Positions 28,808 to 40,859 of a DNA stretch of 64,000 nucleotides are shown one piece after another. Positions within the stretch are counted from its first letter, which is position 1. Each line of letters starts with the position of its first letter. Origin of the DNA: Gemmatimonadota bacterium. Its GTDB lineage: Bacteria > Gemmatimonadota > Gemmatimonadetes > Gemmatimonadales > GWC2-71-9. The DNA lies in assembly GCA_016704275.1 (NCBI GenBank), contig JADJAK010000005.1, positions 336,246 to 400,245 of the forward strand, in the 5' to 3' direction. The position numbers and the translations under genes were made by a program. The notes below the pieces were generated by a model that had not been told where the DNA came from, ran no database searches, and saw only the letters and a list, made by a program, of their open reading frames with translations.

Positions 28808-29836
28808 TCACTCCAGATCACGCACCTCGGCAGGGAGGGCGTCGAGGGTTTGCTTGAGTTGCGGCGCGCGGGCGCGGTCGAGTACCAGCGTCCGCTGATT
28901 GGCGTGCACGACCACCAGCTCGCGCACGCCCGAAAGGACCATCGGCGGCCCATCATTCCAGACGATGCAATCACTGCAGTCGACGAGCGTCACGGGGCCA
29001 TGCACGACGTTCCCCTGGCGATCGCGCGGGCGGACCCGGGCCATCGCCTCCCAGGTGCCGATGTCGTCCCACGCGAAGTCGCCCGACACGACCGCGACCG
29101 CCGCGGAGCGCTCGAAGACGCCGACGTCGATCGAGACATCGCGCACGCCGGCAAAGAAGCCGGCGACATCGCCGGCGTCGAGGGCGGGCAGCCACGGGGC
29201 GATCTCGTTGGTGTGCAGCATCACCTCGCGGCGCAGGTCGGCGGCACGCCAGGCGAAGAGCCCACTGTTCCAGAGGGCGCCATTGGCCATCAGATCGAGG
29301 GCGGTGGCGGCATCGGGCTTCTCCTGGAAGCGGTCGACTGCGCGCGCCGCACTGTCGAGCCGGGCCCCCGGCACGATGTAGCCGAAGCCGGTCTCGGGCC
29401 GGGAGGGGACCACGCCGACCGTCACCAGGCGGGCGTGCCGCGTCGCCGTCTCGAGCGCCGTGGCGGCACTGGCCACAAAGGCGGCGGGGTCGCGGATGGT
29501 CCAGTCGGCGTGCATCGAGATGACTTCGGCGTCGGGGTCGCGCCGCGCGGCTTCGATCGTCGCCCAGACCAGCGCCGGGGCCGTGGACGCCGCCCGCGGC
29601 TCGATCAGGTAGTTCTCAACCGGGACCGGGAGCTTGGCCTGGAGCGCCGCCGCCAGCGACCGACCGGTGACCACCAGGATCCGTTCGGGCGGGATGAACC
29701 CGGTCAGCCGGTCAATCGCTTCCTCGGCCGTTGAGCGCACGCCAGCCAGCGGCAGCAACTGCTTCGGGCGGGCCGGGGAGGAGAGCGGCCAGAACCGGGT
29801 CCCGGACCCGCCGGCGAGGAGGACGGCCCATTGCAT
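28808..29836 (-). CDS. manC: Mannose-1-phosphate guanylyltransferase (no PMI domain)
   Basis: MQWAVLLAGGSGTRFWPLSSPARPKQLLPL and GFGYI, full nucleotidyltransferase fold. The upstream part of ORF ..30220 is Arg/Gly-rich read-through. Confidence 0.85.
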   Translation of the reverse strand: MQWAVLLAGGSGTRFWPLSSPARPKQLLPLAGVRSTAEEAIDRLTGFIPPERILVVTGRSLAAALQAKLPVPVENYLIEPRAASTAPALVWATIEAARRDPDAEVISMHADWTIRDPAAFVASAATALETATRHARLVTVGVVPSRPETGFGYIVPGARLDSAARAVDRFQEKPDAATALDLMANGALWNSGLFAWRAADLRREVMLHTNEIAPWLPALDAGDVAGFFAGVRDVSIDVGVFERSAAVAVVSGDFAWDDIGTWEAMARVRPRDRQGNVVHGPVTLVDCSDCIVWNDGPPMVLSGVRELVVVHANQRTLVLDRARAPQLKQTLDALPAEVRDLE

Positions 29837-29844
29837 AGTCGACC

Positions 29845-30204
29845 TCAGGCCAGGGAAGCGAGCGCGGGGCCGTGGCGCCGCAGTTCGTACAACAGGGTCC
29901 CGAGGTCTCCCTGGTCGGCCGCGAGGACCACCAGCGAGGCGGTGCTTCCCGAGAGCCGCAGCAGGACCAGCGCCCCGCCTGCGGCATCCACCACGACTTC
30001 CGTGGGCATCCCGACGCCGGCCGCGTGCCCCAGGCCGACCAACGACCGGAGCGCCGTGGCACCGAGCGCCGCAATGGCCTCCCGGTCCACCCCATCGGGA
30101 AGGACCGAATCGACCACCAGGCCCTCGTCGCTGACCACCACCACGCCGGCCACTTCGGGACGCTCGGCGAGGGCCTGCAGGACCGATCGAAGGGGCGACG
30201 TCAC
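29845..30204 (-). CDS. Roadblock/LC7 (MglB-like) domain protein
   Basis: VTSPLRSVLQALAERPEVAGVVVVSDEGLVVDSVLPDG...ALVLLRLSGSTASLVVLAADQGDLGTLLYEL fits the Roadblock/LC7 pattern. GTG 30204 is in frame with the stop at 29845. The rest of the 462-aa ORF is antisense to serS. Confidence 0.6.
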   Translation of the reverse strand: MTSPLRSVLQALAERPEVAGVVVVSDEGLVVDSVLPDGVDREAIAALGATALRSLVGLGHAAGVGMPTEVVVDAAGGALVLLRLSGSTASLVVLAADQGDLGTLLYELRRHGPALASLA

Positions 30205-30315
30205 GGGTGCGCTCCGGCAAGGGAAGGGACGGCGCGAAGCTAGGGCCGCCGAGGCGCGGAAGTCAAGCAATGATCGCGGGTTGCCGCGCTCCCGCGAGCG
30301 GTCTAACCTTCTGCC

Positions 30316-30864
30316 ATGAGTCCTCGTCCCTTGCTCCTTCTGGCGCTCGTCGCCGCAGCCGCCTGCAGTGAAACAGAGCTCGGCGATGCGGCCACCGCGA
30401 ACATCGTCGACACCGTCTCGCTCGGGGCCATCAACGGCGCCGCGCTGACCACCCCGGCGGCCTACTCGATCACCGTGGGCAGTCCGATCCGGACCGACCA
30501 ATCGTCGGCCTTCGATTTTGCCTACGACATCATCCCCGGAAAGGGCAATGTCCTGCTGCCGCTCGCGGCGCTCGGACTCGGCACCGGAGGGGGCAGCAAC
30601 CCAGGGCTGCAGAAGGTCACCACCGCGTTCGATGACCTCAAGGCCGGGCCGACGAGTGGCTGGCTCTCGACGGACACCATTCCGATCGCGGTCGGCGACG
30701 TCATCGCCGGGCGCTCCCGCGTCACCTGCTACCTCGGCGTCCCCCAATACGCCAAGTTGCAGGTCCTCGCGTTCAACGACGTGCTCAAGACGGTCGATCT
30801 CAAGGTGCTGGCCAATGTGAATTGTGGCTACCGCAACCTCGAGCCCGGCTACTCGCGGAATTGA
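30316..30864 (+). CDS. Lipoprotein, unknown function
   Basis: MSPRPLLLLALVAAAACSE lipobox. Beta-rich mature protein with no recognised motif. Confidence 0.55.
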   Translation: MSPRPLLLLALVAAAACSETELGDAATANIVDTVSLGAINGAALTTPAAYSITVGSPIRTDQSSAFDFAYDIIPGKGNVLLPLAALGLGTGGGSNPGLQKVTTAFDDLKAGPTSGWLSTDTIPIAVGDVIAGRSRVTCYLGVPQYAKLQVLAFNDVLKTVDLKVLANVNCGYRNLEPGYSRN

Positions 30865-30868
30865 TCTG

Positions 30869-32152
30869 ATGCTCGATCTTCGCCGCCTCCGACACGACCC
30901 CGACGGCGTGCGGGCGTCTCTCGCCCGTCGCCTCGACGAAGACGCCCTGGTGCAGCTGGATCGCGTCATTGCCCTCGACGCGAAGCGCCGCGAAGTGGTG
31001 ACGCGCGTCGAGCGGCTCCAGGCCGAGCGCAACAGCCAGACCGAAGAGGTTGCGCGCCGCAAGCGTGCCAAGGAGCCGGCCGACGAGTTGCTCGCGACGC
31101 TCAAGGCCTCCGGCGACGCGGTGCGCGTCCTCGAGACGGATCTGCGCGACGTCGAGGCACTCCTCGAAGGCCACCTGCTCAACATCCCGAATACCGTGCT
31201 GGCGGAAGTGCCGAGCGGCGGTGCAGAAGCCAATCAGGTGGTGCGCCACTGGGGCACGCCGCGGACCTTCGACTTCGCCCCGAAGCCCCACTGGGACCTC
31301 GGCGTTGCGCTCGGGCTGTTCGACCTGCCGCGCGGTACCAAGCTCACTGGCTCGGGCTTCCCGCTCTTCACCGGGATGGGCGCTCGCCTGGTGCGCGGCC
31401 TCGCCTCGTTCATGCTCGACCTGCACACGCGCGAGCACGGCTATCTGGAAGTGCAGCCGCCGTACCTCGTGAATCGGGCGTCGCTGACCGGCACCGCGCA
31501 GTTGCCGAAGTTCGAGGAAGATCTCTATCACGCCTCGGCCGATGATCTCTTCCTGATTCCGACCGCCGAAGTGCCGGTGACGAACATCTACCGCGACGAG
31601 ATCCTCGACGCCGCCGACCTGCCGATCGCGATGACCGCCTACACGCCCTGCTTCCGGCGTGAGGCCGGCGCGCACGGCAAGGACACGCGCGGCCTGATCC
31701 GCGTGCACCAGTTCGACAAGGTCGAGTTGGTCCGGTTGGTGAAGCCCGAGGAGAGCGCGCGCGAGCATGCGCTGCTGACCACGCACGCCGAGGCGGTGCT
31801 GCAGCGGCTCGAGATTCCGTACCGCGTCCTCGCCCTCGCCGCAGGCGACACCGGCTTCGGCTCGGCGTGCACCTTCGACCTCGAAGTCTGGGCGCCCGGC
31901 GTCGACAATTGGCTGGAAGCGTCCAGTGCGTCGACGTTCGAGGACTTCCAGGCCCGTCGCGCGAACATTCGCTACCGCCCCGCACCGGGCGCGAAGCCCG
32001 AGTTCGTGCATACGCTGAACGCCTCGGGCGTCGCGTTCCCGCGCACGATCATCGCGCTCCTCGAAAACGGCCAGCAGGCCGATGGCTCGGTGGTGCTCCC
32101 GGCCGCGCTGGTCCCCTATGTCGGGACCGACCGTCTCGTCCCGCGCGCGTAA
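30869..32152 (+). CDS. serS: Seryl-tRNA synthetase
   Basis: MLDLRRLRHDPDGV, an N-terminal coiled coil, and class II motifs FRREAG and GSALA-type NASGVAFPRTIIALLEN. ATG 30869. Confidence 0.95.
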   Translation: MLDLRRLRHDPDGVRASLARRLDEDALVQLDRVIALDAKRREVVTRVERLQAERNSQTEEVARRKRAKEPADELLATLKASGDAVRVLETDLRDVEALLEGHLLNIPNTVLAEVPSGGAEANQVVRHWGTPRTFDFAPKPHWDLGVALGLFDLPRGTKLTGSGFPLFTGMGARLVRGLASFMLDLHTREHGYLEVQPPYLVNRASLTGTAQLPKFEEDLYHASADDLFLIPTAEVPVTNIYRDEILDAADLPIAMTAYTPCFRREAGAHGKDTRGLIRVHQFDKVELVRLVKPEESAREHALLTTHAEAVLQRLEIPYRVLALAAGDTGFGSACTFDLEVWAPGVDNWLEASSASTFEDFQARRANIRYRPAPGAKPEFVHTLNASGVAFPRTIIALLENGQQADGSVVLPAALVPYVGTDRLVPRA

Positions 32153-32180
32153 GGGGCGACTCAGTCGGCTCGCCCCGGGC

Positions 32181-33308
32181 GTGGCCGTGCTGCTCGTCGC
32201 CGTGCTCGCCGGCCTCTCGCTCGGCGTCTCGTTCCTCGTGGCGCGACACTTCCGTGGCGAAGCTCAATCCACCTCACAGCTCTACTCGGTGGTCTTCCGC
32301 GGGCTGAACGACCCGGACCCGAATGGCGGGACCGCCGCGCTGCTCGATCTCGGCGGCCGGGTCCGCGATCTCGGCTTGCCACTGATCCAGACCGACAGCA
32401 GCGGTCGCGTGCTCTTCGCCGCGAACCTCCCCTTCGAGGCGCCGCTCGACGACCCGCGCGTGCGCAGCTACGCCGCCGAGCTCGATGCGCTCAATCCGCC
32501 GATCATCTCGCCCGGCTTCGGAGCGCTGCATTTCGGCCCGATGCCCGCGACGCGGATGCTGTTCACGCTTGGACTGCTGCAGGCGCTGACGCTGGTCGTG
32601 ATGGTCAGCGTGGCGGTCGTGGCCTACCGCAACGCGACCACGGCGCAACGCGACCGCCTCTGGGTCGCGATGGCGCGCGAGGCGGCCCACCAAATGGGCA
32701 CGCCGCTGACGTCACTGCAGGGATGGATCGAACAGTTGCGCGGAGCCGGCCTCCCGCCGGCGAAGATCGCCGAGTTTCTCGACGCCGACGCGGAGCGGTT
32801 GCAACGGGTGGCCCAACGCTTCGAGCGCATCGGCAATCCGGCGCGGCGCGATCCGGTCGGACTCGGCGCACTCTCGGAGCGGGTGGCCGGCTATTTTCAA
32901 CCGCGTCTGCCGAAGCACAGCAATGCGATCACGCTGTCGGTGCGGGCACCGAGCGCGGGGCCGGTCGTCGCCGGTGACGCGGTCCTGTTGGAGTGGGCGC
33001 TCGAGGCGATGGTCAAGAATGCCATCGACGCCCTGCAGGGCCGCGGTGGTTCGATCACCCTCGCCGCCGAAGTGGATGGCGCCGACGCCATCCTGCGCGT
33101 GATTGACGACGGCCCGGGCGTCCCGCGCGAACTGCGTCGGACGATTTTCGAGCCCGGCATCACCACCAAGCGGGGCGGCTGGGGCATTGGACTGGCCCTG
33201 GCGCGCCGCGTCATCGAGGATGCGCACGCTGGCGTCCTCGCCCTTGAACCGACTGAACACGGGACCACCTTTCTGATGCGCTTTCCGTTGGCCACCCCGA
33301 TCACATGA
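32181..33308 (+). CDS. Sensor histidine kinase (HisKA plus HATPase_c), no adjacent response regulator
   Basis: H-box AREAAHQMGTPLTSLQGWIEQL, N box MVKNAIDAL, DDGPGVP, and GGWGIGLALARRVIE. The start is uncertain: GTG 32181 follows the serS stop and a GGGGCGA..TCGCCCC hairpin, while the in-frame ATGs at 32082 and 32118 lie inside serS. Confidence 0.75.
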   Translation: MAVLLVAVLAGLSLGVSFLVARHFRGEAQSTSQLYSVVFRGLNDPDPNGGTAALLDLGGRVRDLGLPLIQTDSSGRVLFAANLPFEAPLDDPRVRSYAAELDALNPPIISPGFGALHFGPMPATRMLFTLGLLQALTLVVMVSVAVVAYRNATTAQRDRLWVAMAREAAHQMGTPLTSLQGWIEQLRGAGLPPAKIAEFLDADAERLQRVAQRFERIGNPARRDPVGLGALSERVAGYFQPRLPKHSNAITLSVRAPSAGPVVAGDAVLLEWALEAMVKNAIDALQGRGGSITLAAEVDGADAILRVIDDGPGVPRELRRTIFEPGITTKRGGWGIGLALARRVIEDAHAGVLALEPTEHGTTFLMRFPLATPIT

Positions 33309-35638
33309 CCGACGGCAAGGATCTGCTGCGCGGGCTCAATCCGGCGCAGCGCCGTGCCGCCGAGCATGTCACCGGCCCGATTCTCGTGCTCGCAGGTGCG
33401 GGCTCGGGGAAGACGCGCGTGCTGACCGCCCGCATCGCCTCGCTGATCGAATCGCACGGCGTGCCGCCGGAGCGCATCTTCGCGGTGACCTTCACGAACA
33501 AGGCCGCCGGCGAGATGAAGCATCGCATCGGCGACCTGCTCGAGCGCGACCCCGCGGGCCTCTGGATCGGCACCTTCCACTCGCTCTCCGCCCGACTGCT
33601 CCGCCGCGAGGGTGACCGGCTCGGCTTCTCGCGCGATTTCTCGATCTACGACCAGGACGACCAGATCTCCCTGATTCGTCGGTTGATGGAAGAGCGGAAC
33701 CATCCGGTGAAGCTCTACCCGCCGAAGCTGATCCAGAACATCATCTCCGGCGCCAAGAACGGCATGCAGACGGCGCAGGACCTCGAGCGCAGCGCGCCGC
33801 ATGACCCCGCCGTCAAGGTCGCCGCGGATGTCTACGTGGCGTTGCAGCGGGCACTGAAGCTCGCGAATGCGATGGACTTCGACGACCTGATCCTGCACCC
33901 GCTGACTCTCTTCCGGGAGCATCCGGACGTGCTGGAGCGGTGGCGGAAGCGCTTCGACTTCCTGCTGGTCGACGAGTTCCAGGACACCAACAAGGTGCAG
34001 TACGAGCTCATCAAGCTGCTGGGCAGCGGCCATCGCAACGTCTTCGCCGTTGGCGACGACGACCAGAGCATCTACGGCTGGCGCGGTGCGGACGTGCGGA
34101 ACATGCAGCTCCTCCAGACCGACTTCGGCGACGCCGTCCTGGTCAAGCTCGAGGAGAACTACCGCTCGACCAAGCCGATCCTCGACGCGGCCAATGCCGT
34201 CATCGCCCGCAACCGGAGCCGCCTCGGCAAGACGCTCCGCACCGTCCGTCCCGGCGGCGAGTCGATCGTCGTGCTGGCCGCCGCCGACGAACGCGACGAG
34301 GCGGAATGGATCGCCCGCGAGTTGAAGCAGCGCGTGCAGGACGGCGCGCTCTATGTCGAATGCGCCGTCCTGTATCGGACCAACGCCCAGTCACGGGCAC
34401 TGGAAGAATCGCTCCGGCGTGCCGGCGTCCCGTACCGCATCGTCGGCTCGATCTCGTTCTACGATCGCCGCGAGGTGAAGGACCTGCTGGCGTACCTGCG
34501 CCTGATCGCGAACCCCTCCGATGACGAGGCGTTCCTGCGTGCGGTCGGCGTGCCCCGGCGCGGCATCGGCGATTCCTCGCTGGTCATGCTCGCGGAGCAG
34601 GCGCGGCAGTGGAACCTGGCGATGCTGGCCACCGCCGAGCGCGCCGAGATGATCAACGGCCTCCGCCCGAATCTGCGCCAGGCACTCACGACGTTCGCCG
34701 CGCAGGTGAATGACGTGCGCACGCGCGTCGGCGAGTCGGCCCCGGTGCTGGTGATGGAAGAGTTGATCCGCGTGCTCGACTACGAGAAGGTCCTCATGGC
34801 CGAGGGACTCGAGGGCGCCGATCGCTGGGAGAATGTCCGCGCGATGGTGGCGGGGGCGGCAGAGTGGTCCGAGGTGATCAGCGAGGACGACGAGCCCGGC
34901 ACGCCGCTGCAGCGCTTCCTGACCGAGGCGGCGCTCATGTCCGCGGTGGACACCACGGCGGGCCGAGAGGACGGCGTTACCCTGATGACGCTCCACACGG
35001 CCAAGGGACTCGAATGGCCGGTGGTCGTGTTGGCGGGGATGGAGGACGGTCTCTTTCCCTCGGGCCGTGCCCTCGAGTCTCCCGATGGCCTCGACGAGGA
35101 ACGGCGGCTCTGCTATGTCGGCATCACCCGCGCGCGCGATGCCCTCCTCATGACCTGGGCGCGCGCCCGTCGGCGGGGTGGGGAATTGCGGCCCGCGATG
35201 GCCTCGCGCTTCCTCAAGGAATTGCCGCCGGAGTTGGTGGAGGAGAAGAGCACCTCGTTCGCCGTCGGTGGGCGCCTCGGCCAGACCTCGTGGGGGTCAG
35301 GCGGGTGGGGTGGTGGCCGCAGCGGCAGCAGCCAGGGCGGCGGGGCCAAATGGGGCCGCAGCACCTCCACGCCGGCCAAGGTCGCCACGCCGAAGAGCGC
35401 CGTCTGGGACGAGCCGGCACCGGTCGATACGCCGCCGGCGAGCGACAACCAGGACGCGCCGCGCTACGTGAAGGGCGAACGGGTACGCCATCGCCGCTTC
35501 GGGGCAGGCGCCATCCTCGGCCTCAGCGGTGGCGGCAAGGACCTGAAGGTGTCCGTGGCCTTTGATGATCCGGAAATTGGAACCAAGCAACTGCTCGTCG
35601 CCTTTGCCGGCCTCGAGCGCGACTGGGAGAGCGCATGA
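33305..35638 (+). CDS. uvrD: ATP-dependent DNA helicase UvrD/PcrA
   Basis: GPILVLAGAGSGKTRVLTARIA, VDEFQDTN, and the C-terminal Tudor-like YVKGERVRHRRFGAGAILG. Confidence 0.93.
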   Translation: MTDGKDLLRGLNPAQRRAAEHVTGPILVLAGAGSGKTRVLTARIASLIESHGVPPERIFAVTFTNKAAGEMKHRIGDLLERDPAGLWIGTFHSLSARLLRREGDRLGFSRDFSIYDQDDQISLIRRLMEERNHPVKLYPPKLIQNIISGAKNGMQTAQDLERSAPHDPAVKVAADVYVALQRALKLANAMDFDDLILHPLTLFREHPDVLERWRKRFDFLLVDEFQDTNKVQYELIKLLGSGHRNVFAVGDDDQSIYGWRGADVRNMQLLQTDFGDAVLVKLEENYRSTKPILDAANAVIARNRSRLGKTLRTVRPGGESIVVLAAADERDEAEWIARELKQRVQDGALYVECAVLYRTNAQSRALEESLRRAGVPYRIVGSISFYDRREVKDLLAYLRLIANPSDDEAFLRAVGVPRRGIGDSSLVMLAEQARQWNLAMLATAERAEMINGLRPNLRQALTTFAAQVNDVRTRVGESAPVLVMEELIRVLDYEKVLMAEGLEGADRWENVRAMVAGAAEWSEVISEDDEPGTPLQRFLTEAALMSAVDTTAGREDGVTLMTLHTAKGLEWPVVVLAGMEDGLFPSGRALESPDGLDEERRLCYVGITRARDALLMTWARARRRGGELRPAMASRFLKELPPELVEEKSTSFAVGGRLGQTSWGSGGWGGGRSGSSQGGGAKWGRSTSTPAKVATPKSAVWDEPAPVDTPPASDNQDAPRYVKGERVRHRRFGAGAILGLSGGGKDLKVSVAFDDPEIGTKQLLVAFAGLERDWESA

Positions 35639-35934
35639 CAATCGGGGCGTCGGAAGTACGCCATGTGGCGCGGCTGGCCGAGCTGGCCGTGGCGGAGGAA
35701 GATCTGCCGCTGCTCGCCACGCAGCTCGAGGCGATCGTCGAGTTCGTGGCCCAGCTGGCCGATGTGCCGCTTCCTCAGGGCGTCGGAACGGTGGCGGTGG
35801 GCCCTGCCCAATTGACGCTCCGCGACGACGTCGTGGCGCCGATCCCGATGGTGCGTGGCCCGGCTGCGATGGCGCCGGCGTTCGTCGATGGCTTCTTCGT
35901 GGTGCCGAAGCTCGGCGGGATGGCCGAGGAATGA
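35635..35934 (+). CDS. gatC: Asp/Glu-tRNA amidotransferase subunit C
   Basis: 99 aa with VRHVARLAELAVAEEDLPLLATQLEAIVEFV. ATGA overlaps on both sides. Confidence 0.9.
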   Translation: MTIGASEVRHVARLAELAVAEEDLPLLATQLEAIVEFVAQLADVPLPQGVGTVAVGPAQLTLRDDVVAPIPMVRGPAAMAPAFVDGFFVVPKLGGMAEE

Positions 35935-37306
35935 GCGCGCGCACCCTGGCCGCCGAAACCGGCCGCCGCCTCGCCGAGGCCGCACCCCTCAACGCGACGC
36001 TGCACTGGTCGCAGGACGTCCTCGATCGCGAGGCGGACCGGCTCGACGCCGCCCCTGCCGGGCCGCTGTCGGGGATGGCGATCGCGATCAAGGACAACAT
36101 CGTCACGACCGAGGAGCCGACCACCTGCGCCTCGAAGATCCTCGCGGGATACACCTCGCCCTACGAGGCGACGGTGATCACGCGGCTGCGCGCGGCCGGC
36201 GCCCTGGTCGGTGCCAAGGCGAACCTTGATGAGTTCGCGATGGGATCGTCCACCGAGAATTCCGCGTATGGTCGCGTCCTTCACCCGATCGATCACGACC
36301 GCGTGCCTGGAGGCTCCAGCGGCGGCTCGGCCGTGCTGGTCGCCGCTGGCGTCGTCCCCGCCGCGCTGGGCTCGGAGACCGGTGGTTCCGTCCGTCAGCC
36401 GGCCGCCTTCTGCGGCGTCGTCGGCCTGAAGCCGAGCTATGGCCGGGTCTCACGCTTCGGCCTGGTGGCCTTCGGTTCGTCGCTCGACTGCATCTCCGTC
36501 TTCGGCAAGACGGTGAACGACGCGGCCCGCGTCCTCTCGGCAATGTCCGGACAGGACCCGCGCGACGCCACCACGCATGCCGAGCCGCCAATGGCGCTGC
36601 CGGCCGCGCGCGCGGACCTCACCGGGGTGGTGATCGGCTTGCCGACGGAGTATTTCCCGGCCGACCTCGATGCCGGCGTCCGCGCCGCGTGTGACCGGGC
36701 CATCGCGACGCTGCGCGCCCTCGGCGCTACCGTCCGCGAGGTGTCGCTGCCGCACACGAAGTACGCCGTGCCGACCTACTACATCGTCAACCCGGCCGAG
36801 GCCGCGGCCAACCTCGCGCGCTTCGACGGCGTGCGCTACGGTCCGCGGCATGTCGGTGCCGGCGGCGACGTCCGCGCCCTCTATCGGGCCACGCGCGGCG
36901 AGGGCTTCGGACCCGAGGTGCGGCGCCGCATCCTCGTCGGCACCTTCGTCCTCTCGGCCGGATACGCCGATCAGTACTACGTGCGCGCGCAGGCGGTGCG
37001 GAAACTGATCGCCGACGATTTCGCCAACGTCTTCGCCGATGGCGTCGACCTGCTCTTCACGCCGACCACGCCGACACCGGCGTTCAAGGCGGGCGAGAAG
37101 ACCGCCGATCCGGTGCAGATGTATCTGGCCGACGTCTTCGTGGCGCCGGCCTCGCTCGCCGGGGTCCCGGCGATGTCGGTGCCGATCGGCCGCGATCAGG
37201 GGCTCCCCATCGGCGGCCAGCTGATCGCCCGGGATTTTGACGAGGCCACGATGCTCGCCGTCGCGGAGGTCCTGGAACGGGCCACCGACGCGGTGGCGGA
37301 GGTACG

Positions 37307-37310
<4 letters not shown>
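35931..37310 (+). CDS. gatA: Asp/Glu-tRNA amidotransferase subunit A
   Basis: Amidase signature GGSSGGSAVLVAAG and IAIKDNI. ATG 35931. The track start at 35562 is off-frame read-through of uvrD/gatC. Confidence 0.95.
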
Positions 37311-38724
<1,414 letters not shown>

Positions 38725-38728
<4 letters not shown>

Positions 38729-39957
38729 GCGCCGCGCTGACGGTCGAGCAGATTCGCGCGCAGTTCCCGGCGCTGGAGCGCCAGCACGCTGGCCATCCGG
38801 TGGCCTACTTCGACGGTCCTGGCGGCACCCAGGTGCCGCTCGCCGTGGCCGACGCGATCCGCGACTACCTGCTGCACCACAACGCCAACACCCACTGGGC
38901 GTATCCGACGTCGGTGGAGACGGACGCGTTGCTGCTGGAGGCGCGTCGTACCTACGCCGCCTTCTTCGGCGGGGCGGAGAACGAGATCGTCTTCGGCAAC
39001 AACATGACGACGATCACCTTCCATGTGGCGCGTGCCCTCGCGCGCGGCTGGAACGCCGGCGACGAGATCATCGTCACCGAGCTCGACCACCACGCCAACC
39101 TCGCGCCGTGGCAGGCGGTCGCGAAGGAACGCGGCCTGGTGCTGAAGATGCTGCCGCTCGACGTCGAGACGTGGCAGCTGCGCCTCGACTTGCTGCCGGG
39201 GCTGCTCACCGAGCGCACCAAGCTGCTGGCGATCGGTGCCGCCTCGAATGCGCTCGGCACCATCTCCGACGTGGCGGCGGCGACCAAGCTGGCCAAGAAC
39301 GCCGGCGCACTCGTCTACGTCGATGGCGTGCACTACTCGCCGCATCACCTTCCCGATCCGAAGTCGATTGGGGCGGACTTCTTCGCCTGCAGCTCGTACA
39401 AGTTCTACGGCCCGCATGTCGGCGTGTTGTGGGGCCGCCATCCGGTGCTGAGCACGATCGACGTGCCGAAGCTCGAGCCGGCGCCCGACACAGCCCCGGA
39501 GCGCCTCGAGACCGGCACGCAGAACCACGAAGGGATCGTCGGCGCCGCAGCCGCGGTGCAGTGGATTGCGTCGCTCGGTGGTGGCGAGGGGAACCTCCGC
39601 TCACGCCTGGTGCGCAGCTACGACCTGCTCCACCGCCGCGAGCGCGATCTCTTCCAGCAGTTGTGGGATGGGTTGGGAGACATCTCCGGCGTGAAGCGCC
39701 TCGGTCCACCGCCGGGCACGCCGCGCACCGCGACGATCGCGTTCACGGTGGCAGGGAAGTCGTCGGAGGACGTCGCGCGCGGGCTCGTCGATCACGGCTG
39801 CTTCGTGTCGAATGGCGACTTCTACGCCACCACGGTGGCGCGGCGTCTGGGGCTGGAAGTGGAGGGGATGGTTCGGATTGGTGCCGCTTGCTACACCACA
39901 TCAGAGGAAGTTGCGCGCGTCGTCGCCGGGGTCGCTGCGCTCAGTCGCCGCAGCTAG
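38725..39957 (+). CDS. Class V aminotransferase-fold PLP enzyme (cysteine desulfurase-like)
   Basis: ELDHHANLAPW and the PLP-lysine context FACSSYKFYGPHVGVLWG. ATGA overlap with gatB. Confidence 0.75.
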
Positions 39958-40859
39958 TCCTTGAGCCGCGGCGGGTCGACCACGACCTTGCCCGCCGCGA
40001 GCGCGGGCAAGCCGAACTGTGCGTCGGCGAGCGCCGACAGCCACTCGCGGTCGCGACGGCCCCGCCCGACCAGCGCCTCGCGCCGCACGTCCTTGCTCCG
40101 CAGGATCGCGCCCTCGCCATTCGGGTCGAGCCGCAGCACGTCCGACGCCTCGTCACGGAGGACCGAGCGGATATTGGCTGTGGCCTGATCCAGGTTGGCG
40201 CCGATCAACTCCTCCGACAGTTCCCATCGACTCTGGTCGCTCGCCACCTGCATCCCGAACTGCCACGTCCGGGAGTTCGCGACGCGCACCATCCCGCGGA
40301 ACAGCTTCCGATTGGTCGAGACCGAGAAGATCGTCGGCGAAAGAATCCGCTCGAGGTGCTGGTCGGCCGCGCCGTGGTCGAGCCGGATCAGTTCGCGCGC
40401 CGCCTTCGGCACCGCCTCGCCCAGCACCGTCTCCGCTCGACTTTCCCAGTAGGTGTGCCCCATCGATCGCGTGCTGCTGGTGACCACCAGCTGCCGCGGC
40501 ACATAGTGGTTGTGCGCCACCACGTCGGCGGCGAGGTGCGACATGTAGCCGAGGCCGAAGGCGCGCAGCGCGTCGGAGTCGGCGAGGTCGCGCACCTCCA
40601 TCCCGACATGCCAGGCGTGGCAGTGCCGATCGGCGGGGGCGAATTTCTTCGCCATCGTGGTATCGGCCGCGATGTTGCCATAGAGGTAGTCGTACGGGAA
40701 GGCGCGCAGCAGGTCGGCAATCGCCCTCGGCAGCAGCTCCAAGGAACCGAGGATCCGCTCACCGAGGACGATATGCGTCCCCGGGGTCCAGGCGTGCAAC
40801 ATCTCGGGGAAGAGCAGGGCGGCGAGCGCGACCAGCGCGAACGCCACGGCGAACTTCAT
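39954..40859 (-). CDS. Zinc-dependent phospholipase C-like family protein
   Basis: Signal/TM segment MKFAVAFALVALAALLF, then HAWTPGTHIVLG and His-rich MSHLAADVVAHNHYVP, resembling the Zn_dep_PLPC N-terminal W..H metal site. The call is tentative. Confidence 0.5.
   Translation of the reverse strand: MKFAVAFALVALAALLFPEMLHAWTPGTHIVLGERILGSLELLPRAIADLLRAFPYDYLYGNIAADTTMAKKFAPADRHCHAWHVGMEVRDLADSDALRAFGLGYMSHLAADVVAHNHYVPRQLVVTSSTRSMGHTYWESRAETVLGEAVPKAARELIRLDHGAADQHLERILSPTIFSVSTNRKLFRGMVRVANSRTWQFGMQVASDQSRWELSEELIGANLDQATANIRSVLRDEASDVLRLDPNGEGAILRSKDVRREALVGRGRRDREWLSALADAQFGLPALAAGKVVVDPPRLKD

Noticed and set aside
29845-31233. 462-aa minus-strand ORF taken as one gene
   Set aside because: Only the last 119 codons (Roadblock/LC7) look like protein. 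The rest is antisense to serS and the lipoprotein gene.
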